This document shows, piece after piece, positions 45,205 to 55,353 of a stretch of 64,000 nt of DNA. This DNA comes from a bacterium (GTDB lineage Bacteria > Cyanobacteriota > Vampirovibrionia > Gastranaerophilales > CAZEDP01), in assembly GCA_043797105.1 (NCBI GenBank), contig JAZDPZ010000009.1, positions 44,570-108,569 on the forward strand. The letters run 5' to 3'. Positions within the stretch are counted from its first letter, which is position 1; every line of letters begins with the position of its first letter. Under the pieces are notes generated by a model. The model searched no databases, was not told the DNA's origin, and saw only the letters and a list, made by a program, of their open reading frames with translations. The position numbers and the translations under genes are program-made.

Positions 45205-45927
45205 TTATAACTGAAAATCTTTTCCAAGATAATATTGCTTAGCTATTGGATTTTCTGAAACCTCTACACTTGTGCCTGAAACTTTGATACATCCGTCAAA
45301 AATAATATATGCTCTGTCAGTAATAGATAAAGTAGCTTTTGGATTATGATCCGTCAATAAAATTCCTATACCTTTTTGGGCTAATTCTTTGATATTTTGT
45401 TGAATGTCAAGAATTGCTATAGGATCAATACCTGTAAAAGGTTCATCTAAAAGAATAAATTTAGGATCAGCCGCAAGAGCTCTTGCTATTTCAACTCTTC
45501 TTCTTTCTCCTCCTGATAGTTGTATACTTGCGTTTTTTCTAAGTTTTGTAAGTCCATAATCTTCAAGTAAACTGTCTAATCTTTCTTTACGTTGTTTTTT
45601 ATCCAGTTTTTCATTCATTTCGAGTACTAATAAAATATTTTCTTCAACAGTTAACTTTCTAAATATTGAAGTTTCCTGAGGAAGATAACCAATGCCGGAT
45701 TTTGCTCTTTCATGCATGGGTTTTTTGGTTATATCTTTTCCATCGAGTAAAATAGTGCCGCTATCAGGTCTTATTAAACCTACTACAATATAAAAAGTAG
45801 TAGTTTTCCCAGCTCCATTAGGTCCTAAAAGACCTACTACTTCACCAGGATTAACTTCAAAATTTAAATTATTGACAACTGTTCTGTCATCATAAATTTT
45901 TTTCAGCTCTTGAGCAATTATTGTCAT
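45205..45927 (-). CDS. lptB: LPS export ABC transporter ATP-binding protein
   Basis: Walker A is GPNGAGKTT, the signature is LSGGERRRVEIARAL and Walker B is ILLDEP. The YLPQE...IFRKLTV block is typical of LptB. Confidence 0.9.
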   Translation of the reverse strand: MTIIAQELKKIYDDRTVVNNLNFEVNPGEVVGLLGPNGAGKTTTFYIVVGLIRPDSGTILLDGKDITKKPMHERAKSGIGYLPQETSIFRKLTVEENILLVLEMNEKLDKKQRKERLDSLLEDYGLTKLRKNASIQLSGGERRRVEIARALAADPKFILLDEPFTGIDPIAILDIQQNIKELAQKGIGILLTDHNPKATLSITDRAYIIFDGCIKVSGTSVEVSENPIAKQYYLGKDFQL

Positions 45928-46112
45928 AAATTTTTATCCTGTATTTTAAAAAAATTTTTGTATTTATTCCAATTATTAATAATACTATTAAAATCATCAA
46001 GATTATTCAAGTTTTCAAGAGCTGATTTTATGCAATATTCTGCAATTTCAAGATTATTTTTTAGATTGAGTAGTTTTTGTTTTAATAATTCTTCTTTTTC
46101 CTGTTTTTTCAT
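45924..46112 (-). CDS. Hypothetical 62-aa coiled-coil protein
   Basis: ORF only, with an ATGA overlap with lptB. Confidence 0.3.
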   Translation of the reverse strand: MKKQEKEELLKQKLLNLKNNLEIAEYCIKSALENLNNLDDFNSIINNWNKYKNFFKIQDKNL

Positions 46113-46292
46113 TGGATTTTTCTATTATGGTAAGATTTAAAAAACCTATAAAAAATGTACTCTAATAAATTTTTAGAGCTATATTTTTTAGTTTTTCTCC
46201 AAAAACTAATTTTTCTAATTTTGACATTCTAACTATATATCATTTTAAAAAATAAGTCAACGGGTTTTTCTGAACTTTAAATAAAAAAATAA

Positions 46293-46838
46293 ATGTATGT
46301 TACTAAAAAAATAAAAGAATTATTAAAAGAAAAAAATTTATCCCAAAATGAATTAGCAAGGATGATAAATTATAGTCATGGTGCTTTTAGCACAATTTTG
46401 AATGGAAAAGCTGCTTTTCCAAAACATATCATAGAAAAAATAGCTCCAATACTTGAAGTATCAAAAGAAGAAATACAAGGCTGGATTTTAGCAGATAAAT
46501 ATCCTAAAGAAACTATAATGCTTGCTGTCCAGACAAAAAAAGAAAAAGAACTGGATAATAACCAATTAATCCTTACAACTAAAATTGATAATATTTTAAA
46601 ATCAAAAAGAATGTCTAGAACAGCTTTAAGTAAGCTTATTGGATATAGTCAGGGAGGACTTAATGAGATGATTATTGGAAAAGAGCCTTTATCAAAAAAT
46701 GTTATTAAAAAAATATCTCCAATTCTTGAAGTTTCTGAATCTGAAATACAAAGCTGGATTTTAGCTGATAAATATTCTTTGCAAACACTGGAAGAGGCTT
46801 TAAAAAATTATATTTTTAAAAAATTATATTTTTTATGA
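46293..46838 (+). CDS. Tandem double XRE-type HTH protein
   Basis: It has two ~85-aa repeats. Each carries LSQNELARMINYS/MSRTALSKLIGYS helix-turn-helix segments followed by I(A/S)PILEVS.(E)EIQ.WILADKY. Confidence 0.7.
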   Translation: MYVTKKIKELLKEKNLSQNELARMINYSHGAFSTILNGKAAFPKHIIEKIAPILEVSKEEIQGWILADKYPKETIMLAVQTKKEKELDNNQLILTTKIDNILKSKRMSRTALSKLIGYSQGGLNEMIIGKEPLSKNVIKKISPILEVSESEIQSWILADKYSLQTLEEALKNYIFKKLYFL

Positions 46839-47740
46839 AATGTAACCCTGATAAATATAAAAAATTAAATAAAAAATTTAAAATAATTGCTTTTGATTGG
46901 GATGGAACAGCAGTTGTTGACAGAACAGTTGATGCTTCTTTAGTTACAAATAAAATAGAAGAATTATTAAAGCTTGGCATTTATATTGTAGTAATAACAG
47001 GAACTAATTTTGAAAATATAGATAAACAATTCAGCTCTTTAATCAATGGAAAACATAAACAAAATTTATATATATGCGCAAATAGAGGCTCTGAAGTCTA
47101 TGGTTTTGATGATAAATCAAGGCAAAATTTATTATATATACGTAAAGCAACTGAAAAAGAAAATTATCTGCTGGATAAAATCGTTGAAAAAACTAAAGAA
47201 GATATAGAAAAAAATTCAAATATCAAAGTAAATATTATATATAACAGACTTAATCGCAGAAAATTGGATTTAATTACTGAATGGAAAAATCCTAAAAAAT
47301 ACGAAATAGATAAATTGTTATTTGAAACTCAAAACAGGCTTGAAAAAGGAGGATTTGCAGGAGGAATCCACAGAGCTTTTAAATTAATGCAGGATAATGC
47401 TAAAAAATTTAATTTACTGGACGCAAAAATAACCAGCGATGTAAAACACATTGAAATAGGACTTACTGATAAATCTGATTCAATTAAATGGATAATTAAT
47501 AATATTGCAGAGAAAAAAAATATTTCTAATAAGGAAATAATCATTGGAGGAGATGAATTTGGATCTATAGGCAGTTTTGAAGGCAGTGATTACAGAATGA
47601 TACTAAAAGATTATCCCGGAATAACTTATTTTACGGTTGGCATTGAACCAAACGGCGTTGATGATTTTATTGTTAATATTGGGGGTGGACCTGATTGTTT
47701 TGTTGAAATATTAACTTTCCTCAGAGCTAATATCTTTTAA
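46835..47740 (+). CDS. HAD-superfamily (IIB-like) hydrolase
   Basis: Motif I is IIAFDWDGTAV, motif II is VITGT, and the distal Lys and acidic motif are KSDSIKW...IGGDEFG..GSD. There is an ATGA overlap with the HTH gene. Confidence 0.6.
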   Translation: MKCNPDKYKKLNKKFKIIAFDWDGTAVVDRTVDASLVTNKIEELLKLGIYIVVITGTNFENIDKQFSSLINGKHKQNLYICANRGSEVYGFDDKSRQNLLYIRKATEKENYLLDKIVEKTKEDIEKNSNIKVNIIYNRLNRRKLDLITEWKNPKKYEIDKLLFETQNRLEKGGFAGGIHRAFKLMQDNAKKFNLLDAKITSDVKHIEIGLTDKSDSIKWIINNIAEKKNISNKEIIIGGDEFGSIGSFEGSDYRMILKDYPGITYFTVGIEPNGVDDFIVNIGGGPDCFVEILTFLRANIF

Positions 47741-47953
47741 ATTTAATTTGATTTTTTCTTTATATTTATCTATAAATATCCATAACTGCATTAAACCGCT
47801 AAATATAATGATTAATATTCCCCATATAAGATTAATATTAATATTTAATGATTTTTGATATGTTTCTGAGGGAAGAATAAATCCACAGGCAAGTATAATA
47901 GTCCCTAAAATTAAAAAAAGTATTGAAATAGGTATGCGAATATCCAGATTCAT
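47711..47953 (-). CDS. Small 2-TM membrane protein downstream of the symporter
   Basis: The 80-aa product starts 10 nt after the symporter stop. Confidence 0.45.
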   Translation of the reverse strand: MNLDIRIPISILFLILGTIILACGFILPSETYQKSLNININLIWGILIIIFSGLMQLWIFIDKYKEKIKLNLKDISSEES

Positions 47954-47963
47954 AATTTTCCTC

Positions 47964-49544
47964 CTACCAGAATATTATGTTTATTATTATAAGTAAAACA
48001 AGTATGCAAGCAGCAAAAAGCTTTATATTTGTTGTTTTAGGACGTTTTGTCAATGAATAAACCAGACCGACAAGTTTTTCTTCTTCGACAGGCTTTGTAA
48101 AGAAACTAATAATTATTGTTATAAGAAAACAACTTAACCATGAAACTATTGAGCCATAAAAATTTGAGGTCATTTCAGAGGAATAGTGTAATATACCCGT
48201 AATATATAATATATAATGTATTCCTGCTGAAAGCGTTCCAAGAACTAATCCCCAAAAAGCGCCCCAGGGAGTGGCTCTTTTCCAAAACATGCCTAATAAA
48301 AACGTGGCAAATAAAGGAGCATTAAAAAACGAAAATAATAACTGCATATAATCCATTAAGTTATCAAACTGCATAACAAGATAAGCCGTGCCGATACTTA
48401 CAACCAAAGAAAAAACCGTTGCTATTCTTCCTACATTTAAGTAATGACTATCGGGTTGATTAGGTTTAATATAAGTCTGATAAATATCATAAGTCCAGAT
48501 AGTATTAAAAGCCGTTACATTTCCTGCCATGCCTGACATAAAACTTGCCAGAAGCGCGACTAATCCAAGTCCTAACATGCCTGTAGGATAGTATTTTTGT
48601 AACATCATCGGAAGAGCCATATTATAATTTTCGCTGATTTTTTCAGGCATAAGCGCTAAAGCTAATAATCCTGGAATAATTACTATGGCAGGAAACAAAA
48701 TTTTAGGCACAGCAGCAATTAAAGGAGTTCTTTGGGCTGCATCCATATTTTTTGAAGCAAGCGCTCTTTGTATTACAAGAAAATCCGTGCACCAATATCC
48801 AAATGACAGCACAAATCCAAGACCTAAAACAATGCCAATCCATTCAATTCCCATAGGATTCTGAGAAGCATTCATTGTATTGGACCATATATGCATAAAA
48901 TTTTCAGGAAGTCTTGACTGCAATCCTTCCCATCCGCCTACTTCAATAAGCCCGATTATTGTAACAGGCAATATTCCGAAAATTATAAGAAAAAATTGTA
49001 TTACTTCGTTGTAAATAGATGAACTTAATCCTCCAAGCGTAGTATAAACCAGCACTATAAAAGCTGATATAATGATGCTGACATTCATATCCCAGCCAAG
49101 CAACAATTTTAGGATTAAAGCCATTGCATACATATTTATTCCTGACATTAAAGTAGTTAAAACAGCAAATGAAATAGCATTAAATCCTCTTGTAGCCTCA
49201 TTAAAACGGAATTTTAAAAATTCAGGAACACTTCTGGCTTTGCTTCCATAATAAAAAGGCATCATAAACACAGCAACAAAGAGCATTGCAGGAATAGCTC
49301 CAATCCAGTAAAAATGCGCTGTAAGCATTCCGTATTTAGCGCTGTTTGCAGCCATGCCCAAAACTTCAAGGGCGCCAAGATTTGCGGCTAAAAAAGCAAG
49401 TCCGCTTACCCAGCCGGGAATGGATCTCCCTGCTAAAAGAAAATCCTCACTTGAATGCATGTATTTTTTGAGGACAAAACCAACTCCAATAACAAAAAGA
49501 AAATAGATTAGTATTATAGAAAAGTCTGTTACTCCTAAATTCAT
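47964..49544 (-). CDS. Sodium:solute symporter (SSS) family transporter
   Basis: The 526-aa protein has ~13-14 TM segments. FLLAGRSIPGW and GGLSSSIYNEVIQ are typical SSF blocks. Confidence 0.9.
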   Translation of the reverse strand: MNLGVTDFSIILIYFLFVIGVGFVLKKYMHSSEDFLLAGRSIPGWVSGLAFLAANLGALEVLGMAANSAKYGMLTAHFYWIGAIPAMLFVAVFMMPFYYGSKARSVPEFLKFRFNEATRGFNAISFAVLTTLMSGINMYAMALILKLLLGWDMNVSIIISAFIVLVYTTLGGLSSSIYNEVIQFFLIIFGILPVTIIGLIEVGGWEGLQSRLPENFMHIWSNTMNASQNPMGIEWIGIVLGLGFVLSFGYWCTDFLVIQRALASKNMDAAQRTPLIAAVPKILFPAIVIIPGLLALALMPEKISENYNMALPMMLQKYYPTGMLGLGLVALLASFMSGMAGNVTAFNTIWTYDIYQTYIKPNQPDSHYLNVGRIATVFSLVVSIGTAYLVMQFDNLMDYMQLLFSFFNAPLFATFLLGMFWKRATPWGAFWGLVLGTLSAGIHYILYITGILHYSSEMTSNFYGSIVSWLSCFLITIIISFFTKPVEEEKLVGLVYSLTKRPKTTNIKLFAACILVLLIIINIIFW

Positions 49545-49595
49545 ACTTCCTTATCCTTTTTTTACTTACAGGTAACCTAATTTAGCGTTTTCACC

Positions 49596-49761
49596 TGTCA
49601 TCACGAGTCCCGAAATGCGATAGTGGACAGCATCGCCTGCTTAGCTGGGGCGTGGTGATCCAAATATTATCTTAGATTGCTTCGGTGCCTAAGGCACATT
49701 TACAGGTTACTAATCCTTCCCGACGAGGACCTATGAATGCGGCTTTGCCGCTCGCATGACA
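49596..49761 (+). repeat. MITE-like palindromic repeat, long form, copy B (166 bp variant)
   Basis: The core 'cttagattgcttcggtgcctaaggcacatttacaggttactaatcc...gcggctttgccgctcgcatgaca' is shared with copies A and C. The left module is replaced but keeps the stem (atcac/gtgat versus atcgc/gcgat). Confidence 0.75.
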
Positions 49762-49903
49762 GTTAAATTAAAAAATTTTATTTTTTATATTCCATATTTT
49801 TTAAAAAAGGTGTATTATAAAAAATACTTTAATTGAATGATATAGATAAGCAGGAATTAGTAATAAATTATTAGTTAAGTATATCATAAGAGTGAGAATT
49901 TAT

Positions 49904-51010
49904 ATGTTATCTAAATTATTAAAGAAAACCCAAAAACCTCAACTGGGTTTAGATATTTCATATCAAGGAATTACAGGTGTTTTATTAGGCAAGGAAAACA
50001 AAAAACTTTTTTTGAAAGTTTGTTCTTATGAACCTTTTGAAGAAGAAGTTATTCAAAATGGCTTAATCATAAATCCTGCTGCTTTTAATAAAACTTTAAT
50101 GAATTTAATTAATAAAAATAAAATAGATGTAAAAACAGTAAATATAGCTGTTCCAAGTAATGTTGCCTTTATTAAAAATATAACTTTGCCTGATTTAGCT
50201 TTAGAAGAACTCAAAGTAATTGCTAATCAGGAAGCATCAAAACACATTCCTTTTGGAATTAATGATGTAAATATTGATTTTGAAATTTTAGAAAGCACAA
50301 GAAAACAGGAAACTTCAGGTAAAAAAATAGATGTTGTTCTTGTTGCTTTAGCAAAGACTATTGCAAAAAGCAATATAGATATGCTTTATGATATTGGATT
50401 CAGTATTTCAGCTATTGATGTCGCGCCTTTTGCAATGATTAGAACTTTAGCAAACGCAGGGTTGATTGATGAATCTGATTCTCTTTGCATATCTGTATTA
50501 GTTGGTTATGAAAATACTGACATAAATGTTATTTATAAAGGAAAACCTCTGTTTTCTCATAATACTCCTATTGGAAAGAAAAATATTATTGATTCTTTAG
50601 AAAATAATCTTGGTATTGATAATCAATCTGTTGAAAATTTATTGCCTCAGGTTGCTCTTATTGTTCCCGGAATAAATATAAGCCTGGATCCTCAATTAAG
50701 CAAAGCCGCAACCATAGCCAGAACTATCTATAATAATATTTCCGGCGAAATTCAAAAGACTATAGAGTTCTATAATTCTCAAAATACTGAAATAAAAGAA
50801 ATTGAAAGAGTAATAATAGGCGGAGCAGGTATATGTATTCAAAATATTGATAAATATATAGCAAGTAGATTAAAAATTGATACTTTATTATGTAATTCTC
50901 TAAATAATATAGAAAATAATATAGATTATTCTGAAAATTCAATTTATCCGATAAATATTCCAGCCCTTGCCACAAGTGTTGGTTTAGCATTAAGAGGTTT
51001 ACAAAATTGA
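49904..51010 (+). CDS. pilM: Type IV pilus assembly protein PilM
   Basis: It has the actin-like ATPase fold pattern GLDISYQGITGV..., V.IAVPSN..FIKNITLP....EL...I..EA.KHIPF....V.IDFEIL. The ATG at 49904 is preferred over the GTG at 49892. Confidence 0.85.
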   Translation: MLSKLLKKTQKPQLGLDISYQGITGVLLGKENKKLFLKVCSYEPFEEEVIQNGLIINPAAFNKTLMNLINKNKIDVKTVNIAVPSNVAFIKNITLPDLALEELKVIANQEASKHIPFGINDVNIDFEILESTRKQETSGKKIDVVLVALAKTIAKSNIDMLYDIGFSISAIDVAPFAMIRTLANAGLIDESDSLCISVLVGYENTDINVIYKGKPLFSHNTPIGKKNIIDSLENNLGIDNQSVENLLPQVALIVPGINISLDPQLSKAATIARTIYNNISGEIQKTIEFYNSQNTEIKEIERVIIGGAGICIQNIDKYIASRLKIDTLLCNSLNNIENNIDYSENSIYPINIPALATSVGLALRGLQN

Positions 51011-51783
51011 AGACAATAAATATAAATTTAATAGGTAATTTAGCCAGAGTACCTGTAAAGACCAAAACAGAGAAAATATCCGGTGAAAGCAGTGAAATTG
51101 ATACTAAATCAAAGACTTTTTCAGTAATGATAGTAATAATTTCTTCTGTTATATTTCTTATATGCGCTAGTGTATGGTTAATTGCAAGTTATTTGACTAA
51201 AAAAGCCAATACTGAGTTAACTCAGATAAATTCTGAACATACAAAATTAAAAAAAGAACTGGCGCAAATGACTCAAACTCAAAAAGATTTTGAAAAAGAA
51301 AGAAAAATTTCAGAATTAAGATCTTTTGCGCAGGATCAGATTAAAGATTCTTTATTGCCTTGGTATAATATATTAACAGAATTGGCAAAAGCTATTCCAA
51401 AAGATATTAAAATCAAAGAAATATCAAAAATTTCTTCTGTAAGAAAAACTAAAAAATCAACAATTTTAATAATTAGGGGTGAAGTATTATTCAAAAAAGA
51501 ACTTGGAATAGATCCTTTAAAAACAATTTCTTTCTTTGCTTTAAATATTAACGAAAATAATGATCCTAATCCGCTTTTATCTAATGGCATTGTCAGAAAT
51601 ATTGAATATGATAAAGTATCTGAATCATATAATTTTACTTTGGAAGCTAATATAAACTTCTTAGGTAAAAGTCTCTTTTTTGAAGCTCCAAATTCGTCTA
51701 TTATTGAAAAAATAATGAAAGGTGAGCCTATAAAAGGTGTTTTAACCAGTGAAGATTTTAAAAAAGAAGATTTAGCTTTATAG
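51007..51783 (+). CDS. pilN: PilN-like pilus assembly protein
   Basis: It starts KTININLI, then has a single TM segment, a coiled coil and a position after pilM with a 4-nt overlap. Confidence 0.6.
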   Translation: MKTININLIGNLARVPVKTKTEKISGESSEIDTKSKTFSVMIVIISSVIFLICASVWLIASYLTKKANTELTQINSEHTKLKKELAQMTQTQKDFEKERKISELRSFAQDQIKDSLLPWYNILTELAKAIPKDIKIKEISKISSVRKTKKSTILIIRGEVLFKKELGIDPLKTISFFALNINENNDPNPLLSNGIVRNIEYDKVSESYNFTLEANINFLGKSLFFEAPNSSIIEKIMKGEPIKGVLTSEDFKKEDLAL

Positions 51784-51804
51784 ATACAGTGAGTAGGTTA
51801 AGAT

Positions 51805-52551
51805 ATGGATAAATCAAAAAAAATTTTTTTAATAAGTTTATTACCAGCTTTTTTAACTATATTATTTGTTCTTTTTGTTTTATATCCAACTTTTGTAAAA
51901 ATGGATAAAGTTGATAAAGATCTGGAAAAAGAAAAAACCGAATATAATAAAGATCAAGCAAGTCTTGATACACTAAAAGAAAATCGCGTTTTATTTAAAG
52001 AAGTTAAAAGTTTAAGAAAAAAACTCAAAAATTTTGATCTGGAAGTTCCTTCAAAAGATGAATTAACAGTATTTTTAGTTGATCTGGAAAGATTTGCCGA
52101 AGTTCTTAATACTAAAATAATTTCTTTTAGTTCTTCTTCTGAAAAAGATATAGAAATTGAAGATCCTGTCCAAAAAAAAGAGGATGAAAAGAATACAAAA
52201 CTCAAAAAGAAGAAAAAGAAAAAAGGAGATGAAGATTTATTACCCGTCAGATTATTGGCAATACCTCTAAGTATAACTATTACAGGTTATTATACAGATA
52301 CTATAAATTTTGTTAATGCTTTGGAAAATTACCAGAGAAGAATTTCAATAGATGGCGTTTCAATAGCAAACCATCCGGAAGATAAAGAAAAAGCAAAACC
52401 AAGAGTTTTAATGACTGTTGATTGTAAAGTTTATAAATTAATCATTAATGAAGCTAATCTTGATTTGGAAGAAAAATCTGATTCTGATAAAGAAAAAGAT
52501 TCCGGTAAAGATAATGAAGATAACTCTGCTAAAAAAGAGGATAAAAAATAA
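51805..52551 (+). CDS. pilO: PilO-like pilus assembly protein with Lys/Glu/Asp-rich insert and tail
   Basis: It has a single N-terminal TM segment, a coiled coil and a ferredoxin-like C-terminal core (LPVRLLAIPLSITITGYYTDTINFVNALE). The assignment is partly positional. Confidence 0.55.
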   Translation: MDKSKKIFLISLLPAFLTILFVLFVLYPTFVKMDKVDKDLEKEKTEYNKDQASLDTLKENRVLFKEVKSLRKKLKNFDLEVPSKDELTVFLVDLERFAEVLNTKIISFSSSSEKDIEIEDPVQKKEDEKNTKLKKKKKKKGDEDLLPVRLLAIPLSITITGYYTDTINFVNALENYQRRISIDGVSIANHPEDKEKAKPRVLMTVDCKVYKLIINEANLDLEEKSDSDKEKDSGKDNEDNSAKKEDKK

Positions 52552-53372
52552 TGGATCAGGAAAGAATGATTAATGAAAGCGAAAATGAGTATCTTAATGA
52601 AAAAGATATTCAAAAAGAAAAATCAAAAAGATTATTAGTAATAATAATAGTCTTAATATTAGCTGGAATAGGTTATTTTTACAGTATATCCAGTAATAAA
52701 CCAAAAAAGACAGCTGAATCCTTAATAACAAATGCTAATAAAACTCTTTCTGAAACTTCCGCTGAAACAAATGAAACAAATTCTGAAATAAAATTAAATA
52801 AAAATAAAATTAAACATAAAAAGACCAGTAAAAAAACATCTGCGGATAAAGAAGCTAAAAAAAGTTTTTCTAAAATAAAATCTATAGATAAATCTCTTAT
52901 AATAAAAATAGCATCTGCAGTTTCAGGAAAAATAGATCCTTTTTCAGCTTTAGAAGGAAAATTAGCTTCATCACAAAAAACAGTAGAATTATTGCCTGAA
53001 AAATTACCTGTTAATAAATTTTTTGATAGTAAAAAATATACTTTGCCCCCACCCCCGCTATCTTCTTCCAACATTACTGAATTACCTCCCCTTGAAAATA
53101 TTCCTCTGCCTGATGGCATGTCTCCTCCAAATGCAGATTTAATTAATGTAAAAGGATTTATAGGCAATAAAGTTATTATGGATATTAATGGATTATCTGA
53201 ATCTTTAAAAACTAATGAATTATTTCAGGGAATAAAAATTTTAGAAATTGATCCAATAAATTTAACTGTAAAATTCAAAAAAGAAGATAAAATAATCACT
53301 GAAAAAATCAAGAGTCTTACAGAAGTTAATAATAAGGAAGATTTGGAGTTAGTTAAGAATTTTAGAAAATAA
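52551..53372 (+). CDS. Hypothetical membrane-anchored protein in the PilP position
   Basis: It has a TM segment, a long Ser/Lys/Thr-rich linker, a PPPPLSSS...LPPLENIPLP segment and a C-terminal beta-domain (VKGFIGNKVIMDINGLSESLKTNELFQGIKILEI). The call is positional only. Confidence 0.4.
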   Translation: MDQERMINESENEYLNEKDIQKEKSKRLLVIIIVLILAGIGYFYSISSNKPKKTAESLITNANKTLSETSAETNETNSEIKLNKNKIKHKKTSKKTSADKEAKKSFSKIKSIDKSLIIKIASAVSGKIDPFSALEGKLASSQKTVELLPEKLPVNKFFDSKKYTLPPPPLSSSNITELPPLENIPLPDGMSPPNADLINVKGFIGNKVIMDINGLSESLKTNELFQGIKILEIDPINLTVKFKKEDKIITEKIKSLTEVNNKEDLELVKNFRK

Positions 53373-53386
53373 GTCAGAGGTGCTTT

Positions 53387-55339
53387 ATGAAAAATATGAA
53401 AAAAATCAATATTTTAAAAAAAATAATTTATACTTTTGTTATTTCGTTTTTATTAATTTTTGTTTTGTCTTATCAAATGTCGAGTCATGCTTTTTACCCA
53501 TTAAAGAGCAAACATAGCAAAAAGACTCCAAATGCTGTTACTAAACAAATTAAACCTGCCAAAAAAGTAAAAGAACTCGAAAAAAATGTTGCAAGCGGAC
53601 AGATAAAATCAACTGAAGAACTTGGCGATAATATATTTTCCAGTTCTATAAAAACTTTTTCACAGCAAAATAAAATTAAAGAAAAAAGCGCTGATGATAA
53701 AATGTTAAATTTGAAGATCGGTTTTAATGCCTTTCCGGAAACAAGCACTATTGATCTTGTTCTTAGAGATATAGATGTTGCGTCTATTTTAAGAATAATA
53801 GCAAAAGAGGGTAATAAAAATATTATTCTGGATAAAAGCGTTCAGGGTACTATTAGCGCAGAATTAAGAAAAGTTTCCTTAAATGAAGCTATGCAGGCAA
53901 TTCTTACAAGTGAGGAACTTGAAGCAAGAGTTATGGATAATACTATTTTTGTAGCTTCAAGACCTGCTATGGCAAAAAAAGGATTGAACAGAAAATTTAT
54001 CAAAGCCTTTAAATTAAATAATTCCAATGCGGTTGATATAGCAAAAATTTTGGAAGCAAGTATTTTTAATAAAGGCTATATTGTTAATGAAGACAGCGCT
54101 AAAAGCTCTGGTGGCGATTCTGGATCTCCATCAGGATTAACAATGCAGGCTACAGCAGACCAAAATCAAACAGCAAATAATGATTCCACTAAAACAATAA
54201 CTGCTAATTCTTCTTCTTTAGCTTCTTCAACAGGACAAAGCAGTTTGGTAAATTCAAAAATAATCAGAGGAAAAATTGAAACTTTAAATGAAGGAGAAGG
54301 TTTTGGAGAAGCAAAAAGACTTGCAAGCGAAATTAAAACACAATATGTAAGCTCAACCACTAAAGACATTGAAGTAAGTAATAATGACAGCGGACCAATA
54401 GTTATTCCGGATACCAGAACCAATTCTGTATTGGTTGCAGGTCTTCGGGAAGATATTTTACTTGCTCAGGAAACCATAAGCTATCTTGATAAACCTTTAA
54501 CCCAGGTTTCTATAGAAGTTTCTCTTATAGAGTTAAACAAAGAAGATTTAGATACTTTTAAACTTACTTTAGGCGCCAATACTAAATCTTTTTATGCAGA
54601 TAATGAGTCATCAACAGCTCAATTTCACAAATTAATTTCCAAAGTGAAAAAAATTGATTCAAGTACTGGAGAGTCCAACTATATTAGTATTACGAATAGT
54701 AATGGTTTATCATCAATTGATGCTGGAGTATCAGCTAGTAGGAGTAATGCAGTTTCATTTGAGACTATCCAGGATTTAAGCAATAATATTGTCGCTGGTT
54801 TACAATATCTTATTCAAAATCACAAAGCAAAGATATTAACTAATCCAACGATTCTTGCCTTAGACGGAAGTGAATCCTTAATTAAAATAACAGATCAAAT
54901 TATAAGTAAAATGGAAGTTACCATATCAGAAAATTTAATTACTTACAAACCTGAATTAGCTGATATTGGAATTGTATTAAATATTCTTCCAAAAATTGGT
55001 GATAATGATTATATTACTATGAAAATTAGACCTTCCATTACTACTCCTTTAAAGAAAGAATATATAGGCAATCCTGATATGGGAGCTTTTGCGACTCTTA
55101 TTTCAACAAGAGAGGTTATTCTCCAGGATGTAAGAGTAAAAGCCGGAGAAACTCTGGCTATTGCCGGATTAATTAAAGAATCTGATATTAGTGATTTGAG
55201 CAAAATTCCTTTTGCTGCTGATCTTCCTGTTTTAGGAAAATTATTTAGGAATAAGGAAGCTTCGCATAAAAAAACAGAACTTATTATTCTTATAACTCCG
55301 AGAATAATAGAAGATGTAGCTAATAATGATTCTGTTTAG
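53387..55339 (+). CDS. pilQ: Type IV pilus secretin PilQ
   Basis: The secretin C-domain reads ILTNPTILALDGSESLIKITDQI...LNILPKI......ITMKIRPS...GETLAIAGLIKE......SKIPFAADLPVLGKLFRNKEASHKKTELIILITPRII. Confidence 0.85.
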   Translation: MKNMKKINILKKIIYTFVISFLLIFVLSYQMSSHAFYPLKSKHSKKTPNAVTKQIKPAKKVKELEKNVASGQIKSTEELGDNIFSSSIKTFSQQNKIKEKSADDKMLNLKIGFNAFPETSTIDLVLRDIDVASILRIIAKEGNKNIILDKSVQGTISAELRKVSLNEAMQAILTSEELEARVMDNTIFVASRPAMAKKGLNRKFIKAFKLNNSNAVDIAKILEASIFNKGYIVNEDSAKSSGGDSGSPSGLTMQATADQNQTANNDSTKTITANSSSLASSTGQSSLVNSKIIRGKIETLNEGEGFGEAKRLASEIKTQYVSSTTKDIEVSNNDSGPIVIPDTRTNSVLVAGLREDILLAQETISYLDKPLTQVSIEVSLIELNKEDLDTFKLTLGANTKSFYADNESSTAQFHKLISKVKKIDSSTGESNYISITNSNGLSSIDAGVSASRSNAVSFETIQDLSNNIVAGLQYLIQNHKAKILTNPTILALDGSESLIKITDQIISKMEVTISENLITYKPELADIGIVLNILPKIGDNDYITMKIRPSITTPLKKEYIGNPDMGAFATLISTREVILQDVRVKAGETLAIAGLIKESDISDLSKIPFAADLPVLGKLFRNKEASHKKTELIILITPRIIEDVANNDSV

Positions 55340-55353
55340 TATAAAATTATTAA

